A DNA stretch of 30,203 nucleotides from a virus (Duplodnaviria > Caudoviricetes): IMG/VR virus record IMGVR_UViG_3300029171_000035, positions 1 to 30,203 of that record; one strand, given 5' to 3'. Position numbers and translations under genes: made by a program. Positions 16,803-25,721 of this stretch are shown piece after piece. Below the pieces are notes generated by a model, which was not told the DNA's origin, did not search any database, and was given only the letters and a program-made list of their open reading frames with translations. Positions within the stretch are counted from its first letter, which is position 1; each line of letters starts with the position of its first letter.

Positions 16803-17333
16803 TTACAAATCAAAGGCGTTCATTGAACCAGGGGTTGTCCACTCGGCGGTAGTAAAGCTATAATCCGATTGATTGGCTAGCAAAAACCCGTACAAAGAAT
16901 CCCGGTAGTCACATTCTGAGCCGGTCAAATCAAGAAACCTCCCCCAAGCCTCGGATATTCTCCGCGCCGGACTTACCGCCGTAGCGTTCTGATTTGGCGT
17001 GTTCCTCACCGTACCAGACACGGTAAACACATCAGCGTTCTCCTTTACCCACAAGGCGAAGATAGCCGGGATCAGTAACGTGTCCAGCCCATGAAACCGG
17101 TATGTAATATTGGCATACGTGTAGTCCTTACCATCGCGCAGGTCCACCCACTTCTGAGCAGGTGGGCCTGCGGCGATGCCAGCAACATAGGCGTTGTAAA
17201 GCGTGGTACCTAAAATATCACGCAATAACTCAGCCTCCTTAGCCTGGATGAAAGCCTCGAGGTCCGTGGACTCATCCTGATGGACAGGGGAAATCCGGTA
17301 CGGACGCTCAAGGAAATCTGTAAGTTCAACCAT
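16803..17333 (-). CDS. head-tail adaptor / connector protein
   Basis: Directly follows the capsid gene (TAATG overlap); 'FIQAKEAELLRDILGTTLY' helical pattern typical of adaptors. Confidence 0.6.
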   Translation of the reverse strand: MVELTDFLERPYRISPVHQDESTDLEAFIQAKEAELLRDILGTTLYNAYVAGIAAGPPAQKWVDLRDGKDYTYANITYRFHGLDTLLIPAIFALWVKENADVFTVSGTVRNTPNQNATAVSPARRISEAWGRFLDLTGSECDYRDSLYGFLLANQSDYSFTTAEWTTPGSMNAFDL

Positions 17334-18583
17334 TACGACCTTCCGATAGCGTTAAGTGCTGCCGTTACGTTGGTCACTTTCAGGAACGCGTCAGCGTCAA
17401 CAGTACGGATCAACAGGCCAAGCCGCTGTTCGGCAAGAATCGTGAACGCGTTCTGGATAAACTGATCGTTGATGAATCCCATCTCGACGTTGATGCCCTC
17501 CAGGTCATAGACAGTTCCATACCTGAAGTCACCTACGAGCATAGTGTTCACCGTTACTTGGTTAGAGATAACGATCTTGATACCCATCTGCGCGAAGGCT
17601 TGCTGATAGAGGGCCATGATAGGCACCCCGTTGGCATCCTTCAAAAGCGTCATACGGAGCGAGTCTGTCGGGTGAACAAGCACGGTATTGATCTTGTACT
17701 TGCTCTGCTTGCCGCTCGACACCTGTACGCCCATAAGCAGGGCAAGGTCAAACAGGTTAGCTTGATAGGCGGTGTAACCAGTCCATGCGGCGTAGTTGAA
17801 CGTCGAGGCTGAGGTGTAGACACCCTTTAGGTGAGGGGTCACGCCAGAACCGTCATACAACTCATCGTCGATAATCAACCCAAGGTTGATGTTCAGCAGT
17901 CGGTCAATCTCACCCTTCACGAAGTTAAGGTCAGCGAAAGCCTCCTTGGTGACCGGGATCGAGTCCGCGATCTTCTCAAGGTTCAAGCTGTACTCCTGCC
18001 AGGTCAGGGCAGATTCCGGTTTCACGGCACTTTCGCTCGTTGCTGCCGCGTTGCGTGTTGCTGCCAGTTGGTCAATGTAACGGATAACCCCGTTTGAGTT
18101 TGGCCCAACGGTCACATGACGGAACAGCGGAGAAAGTTCAGCCCCCAGGTACGGAAGTTGTCCGATGTCGGTAAGCCTCATGGCTTGCGTGGTCGAGGTT
18201 ACGGACGCGCGTGTGATCTCGGTCTTCCGAACACGCGGCAGTTCGATCTTCACGTTATGGTTGCTCGTCCGGCCCCCTGACTTTGCGATCTTCACAATGT
18301 CCTCGGCCTTCTCGTCGATCAACTGTTCCCATGTCTTGCCTTCTTTGTCCTTGCCTTCGGAGAAATGCTTGCGCAGTTCCTCGCCCTGGGTTTCAAGGGC
18401 ATCAGTGAGTTTCTTGATTGTGTCTTTCTCAAGACCCACCTCTTTGAGTTTGTCGGCCAGTTCGGTGCTTTTCATCAGCCCGGCAGTCGCAGCCTCAACC
18501 TCGGTCTTCACGGTGTCCTTTATGGCTTGTCCGTGTTTGGCAGCCACCCCATCGAGTAGCGCCTTAATGTCTTTTTCTTCCAT
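17333..18583 (-). CDS. major capsid protein, HK97 fold with N-terminal delta/scaffold domain
   Basis: 416 aa; coiled-coil N-terminus, SESAVKPES, KIADSIPVTKE, LYDGSG, LVGDF, ILAEQRLG motifs. Confidence 0.92.
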   Translation of the reverse strand: MEEKDIKALLDGVAAKHGQAIKDTVKTEVEAATAGLMKSTELADKLKEVGLEKDTIKKLTDALETQGEELRKHFSEGKDKEGKTWEQLIDEKAEDIVKIAKSGGRTSNHNVKIELPRVRKTEITRASVTSTTQAMRLTDIGQLPYLGAELSPLFRHVTVGPNSNGVIRYIDQLAATRNAAATSESAVKPESALTWQEYSLNLEKIADSIPVTKEAFADLNFVKGEIDRLLNINLGLIIDDELYDGSGVTPHLKGVYTSASTFNYAAWTGYTAYQANLFDLALLMGVQVSSGKQSKYKINTVLVHPTDSLRMTLLKDANGVPIMALYQQAFAQMGIKIVISNQVTVNTMLVGDFRYGTVYDLEGINVEMGFINDQFIQNAFTILAEQRLGLLIRTVDADAFLKVTNVTAALNAIGRS

Positions 18584-18588
18584 TTGTT

Positions 18589-19392
18589 TTACAGTTTGTA
18601 GGAGTTTAACAATTCGTTTACGTCCAACTTAGTAGTGGATTTCTCCGGCTCCTCCTCAAGTGGTTTCCCGACTTGACTTTTCTCCTCGACAGAGAAGGTG
18701 GGCGTAGCAAAGTTGGACCCTTTGACTACCGCCGAACCCTCGATATTCTTAGCCTCAAGGACCGCAAAAAACCATCCCTGGTCTATCGCCGCGTCCTTGT
18801 TGGCAACCTGATCTATGTACTTGTCCCAAATGGCTTTCTCTTTCTCGTAGCGCTCATCGTTGGCGGCTAGTTCAACCTTCACATACCGCATCCCTACCGA
18901 GTGCTGCTTGATCTTACCCTTACGGTAGCGCTCGAACATATCGGGGGAGTCTTCCTTGCTTATGACCGAATCGTAAACAAGCGCCTGTGTGGACCCCTCG
19001 AAAGTGTATCCGAGTTCAGCCCATGACATCTGCTTAGCAAAGGCATGGACGTTCTCAGAGATAATACCCTCGAAGGAAAAGTTATGCTCTTTAACCAGGT
19101 AATGGTCGCGAGTCTCTTTCAGCGACTTGTTCCAAAGCTGGTCTATGTGCACGTCTCCGTGTGAGTCGAGAATCTTTGTCGTGTTGATGATCGAACGGAC
19201 CTTGATCTTTGTAGCCGTTGCCGGGATTAATTCGGCCTTGGTAGCCTCGCCCTTCTCGGTGAGCATCACCGGGGAAGCAAGGCAAGCGTCAGCGTATTTG
19301 ATGGTCGCCTTCTTTTGGGCGATCAGCGAACTCTTATTGACGACAAGCCAGTCGATTAACTCACTCTTGTCTGCGAACTCAGGGATATTCAT
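18589..19392 (-). CDS. prohead protease / capsid maturation protein
   Basis: Lies between portal and capsid; DSHGDVH, EH, QHSVGM and EGSAVxxGSN motifs consistent with HK97-type protease. Confidence 0.7.
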   Translation of the reverse strand: MNIPEFADKSELIDWLVVNKSSLIAQKKATIKYADACLASPVMLTEKGEATKAELIPATATKIKVRSIINTTKILDSHGDVHIDQLWNKSLKETRDHYLVKEHNFSFEGIISENVHAFAKQMSWAELGYTFEGSTQALVYDSVISKEDSPDMFERYRKGKIKQHSVGMRYVKVELAANDERYEKEKAIWDKYIDQVANKDAAIDQGWFFAVLEAKNIEGSAVVKGSNFATPTFSVEEKSQVGKPLEEEPEKSTTKLDVNELLNSYKL

Positions 19393-19638
19393 TTCTTCAC
19401 AATTTGTTGCTCCTTCACAATCCTTTCGCGCTCGGCTTTGAGTTTCTTAATCTCTTCGGGCGTGAGTTTCTTACTTTGTTTTGCCGATCCGACAAGCCAG
19501 TCGATTAACTCACTCTTGTCTGCGAACTCAGGGATATTCATTTCTTCACAATTTGTTGCTCCTTCACAATCCTTTCGCGCTCGGCTTTGAGTTTCTTAAT
19601 CTCTTCGGGCGTGAGTTTCTTACTTTGTTTTGCCGATC
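19341..19638. repeat. perfect tandem duplication of 149 bp (19341-19489 and 19490-19638)
   Basis: Base-by-base identical copies starting CGACAAGCCAGTCGATTAAC and ending TTTGCCGATC. Confidence 0.95.
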
Positions 19639-19642
19639 CCAT
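19538..19642 (-). CDS. small basic protein (34 aa) between portal and protease
   Basis: MGSAKQSKKLTPEEIKKLKAERERIVKEQQIVKK; overlaps the portal stop and has an ATGA overlap with the (duplicated) protease start. Confidence 0.5.
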   Translation of the reverse strand: MGSAKQSKKLTPEEIKKLKAERERIVKEQQIVKK

Positions 19643-20849
19643 ATTTCAAAAGCTCCTCTTTGTACTCCTCAATGGTGATCGCCCCGTCTACAAGCATCTT
19701 GCTAAGTGCGTTTGTAATGGCCGTCAGCGACTCACCCCTCACCTTCAAATCTTCTGCGAATATAGGAAGATGCGAATAATCAATCACCAAACTAATACCC
19801 TCAGGCATGATCGCCCGCGACACCGCACCTATCCACTCGTTGGCCTCAGGTATGGTCGTCCTCAGGTACAAACCCTTTTCCGCCTGCTTCTGGTTCTCGA
19901 ACGTGGACCCCTTGGTCGAAGCAAACAGGTCTATCGGAGTACCGTATGAATCGCAAATCTTAAAGAAGTCCTCAATGGTCTCGGCGTATAATCCTAACTC
20001 AGACGGGTTTACGCCCATCTTCTGCCACCGTAGATTCATAGCCGTGATGATCGTATGACTCTGCCCGTTCAGGGTTCCATAATTCCGGAACTCATCCTGC
20101 ACCCTTTCCCTTTCCTTGGGGTCTAAAGGCACCTGACCTGATACGTCTTCGGCGTTGTTGGAAAGAATACCCACAGCCCCGCGCGTCTTCAAGATCACCC
20201 CGCGAGCCTCGTAAGCATACCGGATATTGTTGATCGCCGCCGCCAGCCCGCGCATCTTTGACTCGCCTTTCAGAATAGACTTTCCAGTCATCGAAGCGAC
20301 TGAAACCCTGTTATCGTTCAGGTGGATGATCTGGTCCGTATCCAGCCTTTCCTCTGTTTCTGTCAGGTAATAGCGTATGCCCTCCGGTTGCTTGAAGAAC
20401 GTGAAAAACGGCTGTTTCTCCATGTATTCACAATCCACCAGGTTAGGGGGCAAAGCGTATAGCGCCTTCACGCCCGTTAACTTCTTCATCCCCACCCCGA
20501 AAAGCGTGTAGATATACTCGTCCCCGTAGATTTCATGGAAGAGCTTGGTCTGCCGCATGAACTCTTTGGTGTCCTGAAACCAGTTCGGTTTCTTCAAACA
20601 GTCTGGAACCCCGTTCTCGATCTCCTCGCCATCCTTGTTAACGGCTTTGATTACCCCGTTTGAGAACGCCCGCGCCTTAAGGTTGATAACAGCGTTTAGC
20701 TCAGGGACTTCATTGAATGAGGATAGATACCTTTCCTTGTCCCACCCCCAAACATCGGCATCGGTGGCCATGTTGTAGAACCATGACGACCCCCACTTCT
20801 TGGGCTTACGCCATAGGTTTGAAAACGCCTCACCTAACCAGCCGAGCAT
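19620..20849 (-). CDS. portal protein (HK97 family)
   Basis: 409 aa; follows terL; GDEYIY, ALYALPP, IIHLND, GSTFENQKQA motifs. Confidence 0.9.
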   Translation of the reverse strand: MLGWLGEAFSNLWRKPKKWGSSWFYNMATDADVWGWDKERYLSSFNEVPELNAVINLKARAFSNGVIKAVNKDGEEIENGVPDCLKKPNWFQDTKEFMRQTKLFHEIYGDEYIYTLFGVGMKKLTGVKALYALPPNLVDCEYMEKQPFFTFFKQPEGIRYYLTETEERLDTDQIIHLNDNRVSVASMTGKSILKGESKMRGLAAAINNIRYAYEARGVILKTRGAVGILSNNAEDVSGQVPLDPKERERVQDEFRNYGTLNGQSHTIITAMNLRWQKMGVNPSELGLYAETIEDFFKICDSYGTPIDLFASTKGSTFENQKQAEKGLYLRTTIPEANEWIGAVSRAIMPEGISLVIDYSHLPIFAEDLKVRGESLTAITNALSKMLVDGAITIEEYKEELLKYGIGKTK

Positions 20850-20893
20850 TTTAAATTTTGCAAAGGTTAAGCAAATCGGGGGTCAATTCCATT

Positions 20894-22060
20894 TCAGTTT
20901 CCCGAAAAACAGGATAACACAACCATGCGGATGCCGTCCATAGCGTGGTTGTGGTCGTCTATCGGGTCGTCCAACCTCTTACCGTTTACAGTCCTGTACT
21001 TGTAGTTGGCTTGTTCCTTCCTCAACGCAGGCCCATCGACAAAGTGAAGCTTAAAGTCTTTCATCCTGGAAATCCCAGCTTTGATAGAACCAGGGTATGT
21101 GTTGGTATTCATCACCCGGAACCCATCGCGCCTAAGTATCGCCGTCATCCCCCTCCCTGACGGGTCTGCCCAAATGGTAGCATCCTTGCAGTATTCGCTC
21201 AGAGGGGCGACTAACTGCGAGGGGGATTCAGTAGGGGCGTAGAACAAACATTCAGCGTAAAGGTCCATACCCGCCCGCCCTACCTTGACCAAGGCCGAGG
21301 GGGAGTTAGTATACCCGAAGTCCAGCCCGAAGTACACCTGCTCGATCTCTTTAGGGAAATCTTTAATCCAGGTTACATGCTGGAATATCAAGCCCTCTGG
21401 GGCCGAGCGGATGCCTAGCCCGTAGACGTTCCACATATAGTCGTCGGCGGTGCCTTGCTCGATGTTCTCAGGGGTTGGCTCGTAGCTTTCAATCTTGCGC
21501 TTTTCCGCTATGCTTATCCTTGGGTTATCCCTGAATGTGGTCTTAAGAAACCCTATATCAGCCCTGCGCTCTACGTTCTCAAATACCCAATGGTCCGTAG
21601 CTTTGGGGTTGTAATCCCCCCACCAAAACTTACGGCATCGTTGCTCCGACTGATCGAACACCGCCCGCGATACGTCCAGCATCTCATTGCACCAAAAATA
21701 GTCGCATGACGCGCCGTGAAACTTTGACTCATCCTCAGCGCCTAGCAGGTTGATCTTGTTACCAAACAGCTTAAACGAGGCGACTTCCTTACGGTCAGCA
21801 AAAGGGGACTGAATCCCGTAGTCCGGCAACCGCCTGTTGAAGTCATCGTACAGGGTGGTCTTAAACGAATTATAGGTTTCCTTGATGATGTTGATCGTTG
21901 CGGAAGTCTCCACAACCGAACACAAGTAAACAAGGAAATCTATTGAGTCCCAGGTCTTCCCTGATCTGGACGATCCCTCAAGCAACACGCCCCGCTTCCC
22001 AGCGTGCAGGGAGTCGTGAAGGAACCTAAGATTTGGATTCTTTATCGCCGGGTTGAGCAT
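20894..22060 (-). CDS. terL: terminase large subunit (PBSX/SPP1-like)
   Basis: Walker A GSSRSGKT, Walker B YFWCNE, DYNP, nuclease GLDFGYT, WADP, DDHNHAMDGIR. Confidence 0.95.
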   Translation of the reverse strand: MLNPAIKNPNLRFLHDSLHAGKRGVLLEGSSRSGKTWDSIDFLVYLCSVVETSATINIIKETYNSFKTTLYDDFNRRLPDYGIQSPFADRKEVASFKLFGNKINLLGAEDESKFHGASCDYFWCNEMLDVSRAVFDQSEQRCRKFWWGDYNPKATDHWVFENVERRADIGFLKTTFRDNPRISIAEKRKIESYEPTPENIEQGTADDYMWNVYGLGIRSAPEGLIFQHVTWIKDFPKEIEQVYFGLDFGYTNSPSALVKVGRAGMDLYAECLFYAPTESPSQLVAPLSEYCKDATIWADPSGRGMTAILRRDGFRVMNTNTYPGSIKAGISRMKDFKLHFVDGPALRKEQANYKYRTVNGKRLDDPIDDHNHAMDGIRMVVLSCFSGN

Positions 22061-22463
22061 CGGCTACGTTAAACATTTCGCCTATCTCTTTCCTGTTGGC
22101 CGTGACCGTGTGGTCTATCTCCCTGGTATCCTTCCATCCAAAGTTCTTAAGGGCGAAAATTGCACCGATTGTATTACCAACCTGAAGCATTTCCTCGTAG
22201 TGTTGTTCGATGAAAAGACGTGCTTTTTTTACGGTGTAAGAAAACGCCTCCCTTTTTTCGTAGTCGTAGAACGATTGTCGCGACTCAAAACCGCAGAATC
22301 TGCATAATCCTGTAATTGTTGGGACCTCTATCTCGACTGTTTGTTGGTTGGGGGCTTTACCGATTATGACGGTCTTTACCTTAACGCCTTCCTTGAAATA
22401 CTTGTCGATCGATTCCTGAAGGCTTTCTGCGGTATCGAATAATGGGGGTCTGCCAATTTCCAT
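22026..22463 (-). CDS. terS: terminase small subunit (P22 gp3-like DNA-packaging protein)
   Basis: GRPPLF, PTITGLC, GAIFALKNFGWKD motifs; directly upstream of terL. Confidence 0.88.
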   Translation of the reverse strand: MEIGRPPLFDTAESLQESIDKYFKEGVKVKTVIIGKAPNQQTVEIEVPTITGLCRFCGFESRQSFYDYEKREAFSYTVKKARLFIEQHYEEMLQVGNTIGAIFALKNFGWKDTREIDHTVTANRKEIGEMFNVADAQPGDKESKS

Positions 22464-22527
22464 AAAAGGATAGGGGCCGGTCCTCTACTTGGGTTTTGCC
22501 CGTTCGACTACTCCAGCCCCTACTTTT
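22464..22527 (-). promoter_or_regulatory. structured leader (long stem with internal hairpin) abutting the terS start codon
   Basis: Arms AAAAG-TAGGGGCTGG and CCGGCCCCTA-TC-CTTTT-ATG, with internal GGG-CAAAA-CCC. Confidence 0.55.
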
Positions 22528-22545
22528 GTTTCCTTGCGCACGTAG

Positions 22546-22574
22546 CAAAGATACTGTTTTTTGAATTATCGCAA
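22546..22574 (-). promoter_or_regulatory. Bacteroidota-type sigma70 promoter upstream of terS
   Basis: Minus strand TTG-N18-TATCTTTG, matching the TTG-N17-23-TAnnTTTG consensus. Confidence 0.55.
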
Positions 22575-23117
22575 GTGATCGCCGTTTCTGATGTTTTCTT
22601 GTCCTAGCCTGTATGTGTGCCAGCAGTAGACACCTCTGATAAGGCGTATGGTGTGGCGCTTCATGGCTGGGAGGCAGAAATTCCAATCGAATAGCCTGCC
22701 GTCACGGTCTTGTATTGTAGGCTGGAAGGGGTTTTTGACCCAGTATTTCCTCTGGAATAGAAGGAAAAACCCGGCTGCCGAGGTTATGTGTGCGCATTCT
22801 CCGTTAGGGTAGGTTTCGGCTAGGTTGGCAGCTATTGCCTTGTGGTGGAGGATTGAGTCTGTGTTATCTATCGTGTTGGGGTCTAGGCGCTGTTCGTGGT
22901 AGCCGATACGGGAGGCTAAGGCTGTGAAAATCTCGGCTTCGTGGTGGGCTTGGATGGCTTTGTCTATGATAGTGTAGGCGCGCGGGTCAAGGATCATCGC
23001 GTCATAATCTAGGATAAGTGCCCAATCGTCGTCGTTTGGCAGTAGGCCACAATGGGCGTTGTACTGGTTCCCGAATTGGGTTTTGTCTGTGGAGAAGGGC
23101 TGAAACTTGTATATCAC
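22566..23117 (-). CDS. GT-A-fold glycosyltransferase-like protein
   Basis: GNQYN...DDDWALILDYDAM (DxD), AGFFLLF and C-terminal GVYCWH, typical of compact GT2-like domains. Confidence 0.65.
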   Translation of the reverse strand: MIYKFQPFSTDKTQFGNQYNAHCGLLPNDDDWALILDYDAMILDPRAYTIIDKAIQAHHEAEIFTALASRIGYHEQRLDPNTIDNTDSILHHKAIAANLAETYPNGECAHITSAAGFFLLFQRKYWVKNPFQPTIQDRDGRLFDWNFCLPAMKRHTIRLIRGVYCWHTYRLGQENIRNGDHLR

Positions 23118-23959
23118 TTTTTCAGACTTTGGTATGTAGGCCCATCCTCAGCCTGCCCGAACTGTGCACCTGTAGGAACAGAACCGAGGAGGGCCATATC
23201 TTCGATCACCGGGATATTGAACGTATTGGGGACTTTCTGTAAAACGCGGTCCTTGGAGTTCTCCCCCAAGTTGAAGTACCTGAGCCTGTAGCCTTCTTTG
23301 GCTTTCACATAGTCGAGCCTTAACAGGTCCGAAAACTGCTTTATCCTGTCCCCCGACGAATTGCGGATTTTCTTATTTATGTCCCTGCGGACCAGGCTCA
23401 TATGGTGCATTATGGATTTTGACCACTGTATCCCCGAAGTGATATTCAGCGTGCGGGTGGGGTCAATCAGCGGGCCGGCATACCCGCATGAAAAGGGGTA
23501 CTCGTAGTTTTTGGTGAACTTTAGTTCAGGTGTCAGCCGGTGTATGAACGGTACTCTCGTGATGTCGTCGATACAAAGCTCAGGAGAACGGACGTAGATT
23601 TTTGAGGCACAGACCAATCCGAATAGGGCCGGGTCTTCAAAGGCTTCCTTGCCTTCCTCGATGGCCTGCGGTTCGTAGAACTCGTCAGCGTCGAGCATCA
23701 GGAAATGGGTGCACCCTAGTTCGCGTGCTTTTTTCAGCCCGTAGTTGCGTTTGGCCCTTTCGTTGTCGCGTTGAGGAAGTCCGGCTTGTGGTTCGTATTT
23801 TGTGACAATCAAATCAGCAGGAATAGGGGACTTTTCCCCTTGGGTGCTTGTCTCGCTCCCGATGATGATAACCTCGTCCAGTTGGGGTTTTATCGCACCA
23901 ACCGAATAGCGGAGAATCTCCCAATCACCCCAACAAATCCATATCCCGGCTAAGCGCAT
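23114..23959 (-). CDS. glycosyltransferase family 2-like protein
   Basis: ERAKRNYGL...THFLMLDADEFY motif; MHHMS. Confidence 0.8.
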   Translation of the reverse strand: MRLAGIWICWGDWEILRYSVGAIKPQLDEVIIIGSETSTQGEKSPIPADLIVTKYEPQAGLPQRDNERAKRNYGLKKARELGCTHFLMLDADEFYEPQAIEEGKEAFEDPALFGLVCASKIYVRSPELCIDDITRVPFIHRLTPELKFTKNYEYPFSCGYAGPLIDPTRTLNITSGIQWSKSIMHHMSLVRRDINKKIRNSSGDRIKQFSDLLRLDYVKAKEGYRLRYFNLGENSKDRVLQKVPNTFNIPVIEDMALLGSVPTGAQFGQAEDGPTYQSLKK

Positions 23960-24987
23960 AGGTTTTCAAAGGTTTCCGTGTAACGGGGCTTCAACGCCTC
24001 CCATGTGATCGTCTCGGCAATGTCAGAGGCTATCCTGCGCTGCCGTTCGTAAACTACAGGATGGCAAAAGTCATCCATCTTTTGGGCCAGTGCTACTGGG
24101 TCAGCTTCAAAATAGTCAAAAGTCCTGTGCGACACAACCTGTCCCGCATGACTAGCGGGGATCAACCACTCAGGGGGCAGCCATGTGTTGTTAGGGGAAA
24201 TGTCAGTGGCGATAACAGGCATACCGAAAGCCAAAGCCTCGTTTATCGGCAGGCACAATCCACCGTATTTTCTCGGCATGACCAATATGCCCCCTTGGTA
24301 GTTTTCGGTATAATCCGCTTTGTTGGTTTCGTTAACCACCAGGTTAATGTTGCTCCTCCGGCATGGCTGAATAAATCCACCGTGTTGGGAGTGGATGTAA
24401 ACAGTCATCTCTGACCGGACGTATTGAAGTGCCTGTAACAGCGTTTGTGTGCCGTTACGGTCTTTCTCTGCCCTGCGTCCGGCTATGTGAAGAAAGGTAT
24501 TTTCTGCTACCCTCGGCTCCTGCTTCCGCGCTGGCACTGGTAGGTATACTTTGGGGTGCGGTATCAAATCCCAATTCCAGTAAGAGGGCGAGGCGAACAA
24601 GTCCGGCGGGGGGTAGCCGTGACGGGAGGGGAAGTCCAAAAATTCATAGTTCAGTTGGAGAATCGTCTTTACCCCGCGCGCCCGGCAGATGGAAAAAATA
24701 TCGTAGTCGTATGGTGTCTCTATGCAGAATACCAGGTCGAGCCCTTCTAAAAATTCGTCTATCGTTCCACGTGGAATATCGCCGACCATGTTGTGACGGA
24801 AGCCCCACTTGAAAACCTGCTGACCGGGAAAGGCCGAAAGGTCTGCTTTAAGTATGTGCTTTGTGAATGGTTGGCCCATGTTCTCAAAGTCGATGACAAG
24901 AGCCTTACAGGGTATGTGGGCAAAGAACTCCTTTGACTGTATGCCTAGCCCTGTTGAGTCAGCGCGCGCTATTAGGCCGATGTTCAC
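23950..24987 (-). CDS. glycosyltransferase family 4 (GT-B)
   Basis: N-terminal ARADSTGLG; C-terminal LVMPRKYGGLCLPINEALAFGMPVIATD. Confidence 0.85.
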   Translation of the reverse strand: MNIGLIARADSTGLGIQSKEFFAHIPCKALVIDFENMGQPFTKHILKADLSAFPGQQVFKWGFRHNMVGDIPRGTIDEFLEGLDLVFCIETPYDYDIFSICRARGVKTILQLNYEFLDFPSRHGYPPPDLFASPSYWNWDLIPHPKVYLPVPARKQEPRVAENTFLHIAGRRAEKDRNGTQTLLQALQYVRSEMTVYIHSQHGGFIQPCRRSNINLVVNETNKADYTENYQGGILVMPRKYGGLCLPINEALAFGMPVIATDISPNNTWLPPEWLIPASHAGQVVSHRTFDYFEADPVALAQKMDDFCHPVVYERQRRIASDIAETITWEALKPRYTETFENLCA

Positions 24988-25721
24988 GCTTCAATTATTT
25001 TCTTGTCCGTGCCTCTTGCGTCTGAATGATAACTGCGAAGCTGATTGCCCTCAGGGGTGTAAATCGTCAGCCCCATGTCGATATTTTTCTCATGCCATTG
25101 CACCTGTACCACCGAGTGCATCACGTCTTCGATCATGGTTTTGTGTTCCTTGCCGAAATGGTTTTCCAGAATATCCCGATACCATTGAGTTTTGGCAATG
25201 TGTGGGCGCTGGCTCCATTGGATTGTGCGGGTGAAATCAATACGAACATAATCAAGTGTGAATGCTGTTTCTTCCTTGGTCATTAACTCCCTGTGTTCCG
25301 GTAAGATCATGTGGAAGATATTGAAGCGCATATAGTTCACGGTAGGCTCATGCTCGACCAAATAACATATAGCATCGAACGGAATATCCCCTATAGGACT
25401 CGTATCATGTTCGCAGAAAAGTATCAGCGGCGTGGTAACATAGTCCAAAGCGAAACGGGTCATGCGCGCCTGGTGTGTGTGCTCGTTGAAAATGATGTGC
25501 CCGCAGTCACCGTAAAACCCTGATTCGATTTTGTGAATTACCGATGCCTTGTAGACCAAATAGTCAGCCTCGCGGTGCAGTAGTGATTCATGGATGCCGT
25601 CAAACAGGATAAGTATTTTTTCCTGTGTGTACTTGCGGACGTTGGAAATTGTTTCGTCAAGTACAGCCGTCGATGGGTGTGACGGGATCGGGGAAGTAGG
25701 TATCAAAACCGTTAAATTCAT
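24984..25721 (-). CDS. GT-A-fold glycosyltransferase-like protein
   Basis: Likely start ATG 25721 (MNLTVLIPTSPIPSHPST) in ATGA overlap; ILFDG, ILFCEHD (DxD-like), WSQRPH, HSDAR. Confidence 0.65.
   Translation of the reverse strand: MNLTVLIPTSPIPSHPSTAVLDETISNVRKYTQEKILILFDGIHESLLHREADYLVYKASVIHKIESGFYGDCGHIIFNEHTHQARMTRFALDYVTTPLILFCEHDTSPIGDIPFDAICYLVEHEPTVNYMRFNIFHMILPEHRELMTKEETAFTLDYVRIDFTRTIQWSQRPHIAKTQWYRDILENHFGKEHKTMIEDVMHSVVQVQWHEKNIDMGLTIYTPEGNQLRSYHSDARGTDKKIIEA

Noticed and set aside
19341-19638. Tandem repeat as CRISPR array, att site or DGR template/variable repeat
   Set aside because: Only two identical adjacent copies, no spacers, no adenine-specific mismatches, and no cas, integrase or reverse transcriptase gene in the window.
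22471-22522. tRNA-like appearance (GGGGCC...GTTCGACT...GCCCC on the plus strand)
   Set aside because: Too short, no T-stem pairing around GTTCGAC, and no D or anticodon arms.
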